Source of the DNA: an uncultured Oscillospiraceae bacterium
GTDB taxonomy: Bacteria > Bacillota > Clostridia > Oscillospirales > Ruminococcaceae
Length of the DNA stretch: 64,000 nt
Assembly (NCBI GenBank): GCA_902463265.1
Contig: CABQEV010000003.1
Location: 92,242-156,241, forward strand
Direction: 5' to 3'
Shown here: positions 63,278 through 64,000 of the stretch, one piece after another
How positions within the stretch are numbered: position 1 is the first letter of the stretch
Layout: each line of letters begins with the position of its first letter
Translations under genes and position numbers: made by a program
The notes under the pieces: model-generated
Databases searched by the model: none
Told to the model about the DNA's origin: nothing
What the model saw: only the letters and a program-made list of their open reading frames with translations

Positions 63278-64000
63278 ATGGTATCATATAAGAAGATATT
63301 TGCGGCAGTTCTTGCAGCAGCTTCTGCGGCTTCAATGCTGACAGCTTGCGGCGGAGGAAACGGCTCTTCCGAAACGACCGCAGCAGAGGAAACAACCACT
63401 ACCGAGTCGCAGACTGAGTGGACAGGTGATAACATCGAGGTTGAAGGCCTTGACGAGTCCGAAAAGGGCGATGTCGATATTTCGGGACAGACGATCACGT
63501 TCCTCGGGATCACAGACCTGAATCCTACAAATTCCAACCCTGAGAGAAGCGTTCCCGTTACGCTTTTTGAGGATACATACGGTGCAAAGATCGAGTATAT
63601 CGCAACTTCTTCAAGCACCAAGTTCAACGATCTTGCAAACCTCATCATCAGCGGCGATTCGCCTGATATCTTCCTGTACGAATGGATGGCTTTCCCTTAC
63701 GGCGTAAACAAGGGACAGTACCAGCCTATTGATGATCTTGTTGATTTCAGCGATCCCATGTGGGCTGATATGAAGGACGTTGCTGACGATTTCACTATGG
63801 ACGGCAAGCATTATGTTGCTCCTCTCGGATACAGATTCAGTGATTCTCAGGTACTTATGTACAATAAAACTCTCTATGAGGAAGAGGGTCTGGAAGATCC
63901 TATGGAGCTTTATCAGAATGATGCATGGGACTGGGACAAGTTCATCAGCATCATGAAGGCATATGTTGACAACGATCCCGATAACCGTTACGGTATCGCA
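63278..64000 (+). CDS. ABC transporter extracellular solute-binding lipoprotein (carbohydrate type), N-terminal part; continues beyond the window
   Basis: Not in the ORF track (no stop within the window). The translation is MVSYKKIFAAVLAAASAASMLTAC|GGGNGSS, with an L-T-A-C lipobox, followed by a family-1 SBP-like sequence. AAGGAG RBS; an alternative in-frame ATG lies at 63266. Confidence 0.75.
   Translation, partial: MVSYKKIFAAVLAAASAASMLTACGGGNGSSETTAAEETTTTESQTEWTGDNIEVEGLDESEKGDVDISGQTITFLGITDLNPTNSNPERSVPVTLFEDTYGAKIEYIATSSSTKFNDLANLIISGDSPDIFLYEWMAFPYGVNKGQYQPIDDLVDFSDPMWADMKDVADDFTMDGKHYVAPLGYRFSDSQVLMYNKTLYEEEGLEDPMELYQNDAWDWDKFISIMKAYVDNDPDNRYGIA

Overview
This 64-kb window looks like ordinary chromosome from a low-GC-type Gram-positive anaerobe, probably Clostridia. 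Supporting signs are AGGAGG-type RBSs, sigma-A TTGACA/TATAAT promoters, hairpin+T-run terminators, reverse rubrerythrin, pflA and a DUF421/DUF4363 pair. I support about 55 protein genes and 3 tRNA genes: tandem tRNA-Ala GGC and CGC, plus tRNA-Pro GGG. Recognisable content includes an araA-araB-araD operon with a divergent AraC-family regulator, proB-proA, ilvD, tgt, galT, rsmI and tyrA. It also includes an O-acetylhomoserine sulfhydrylase, zupT, trkH/ktrB, two paralogous Na/Pi-cotransporter/PhoU genes and two MacB-type ABC systems. I found no CRISPR array, IS element, transposase or integrase; the only phage-like gene is a lone, intact large terminase. The best candidate for an uncharacterised system is the minus-strand block 31067-39203. 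It holds two paralogous membrane-anchored FecR-like proteins, whose promoter carries three in-phase 11-bp direct repeats. Next to them is a translationally coupled triad of ABC ATPase, 848-aa multi-repeat (CARDB/COG1361-like) surface protein and FtsX permease, with no membrane-fusion protein. Other points worth a second look: (1) a 994-aa secreted repeat protein whose real start (strong RBS + ATG) is cut off from the ORF by a 1-nt frame problem at an A6 tract; (2) a six-copy GATTTTAC motif array (Pho-box-like, 11-bp phased) upstream of one Na/Pi transporter; (3) an aspartate carbamoyltransferase fused to only the zinc domain of PyrI; (4) a membrane protein that seems to need a CTG start; (5) an unexplained 290-bp intergenic region with its own promoter and terminator signals. 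All family calls come from reading motifs in the supplied translations. No database search was run.
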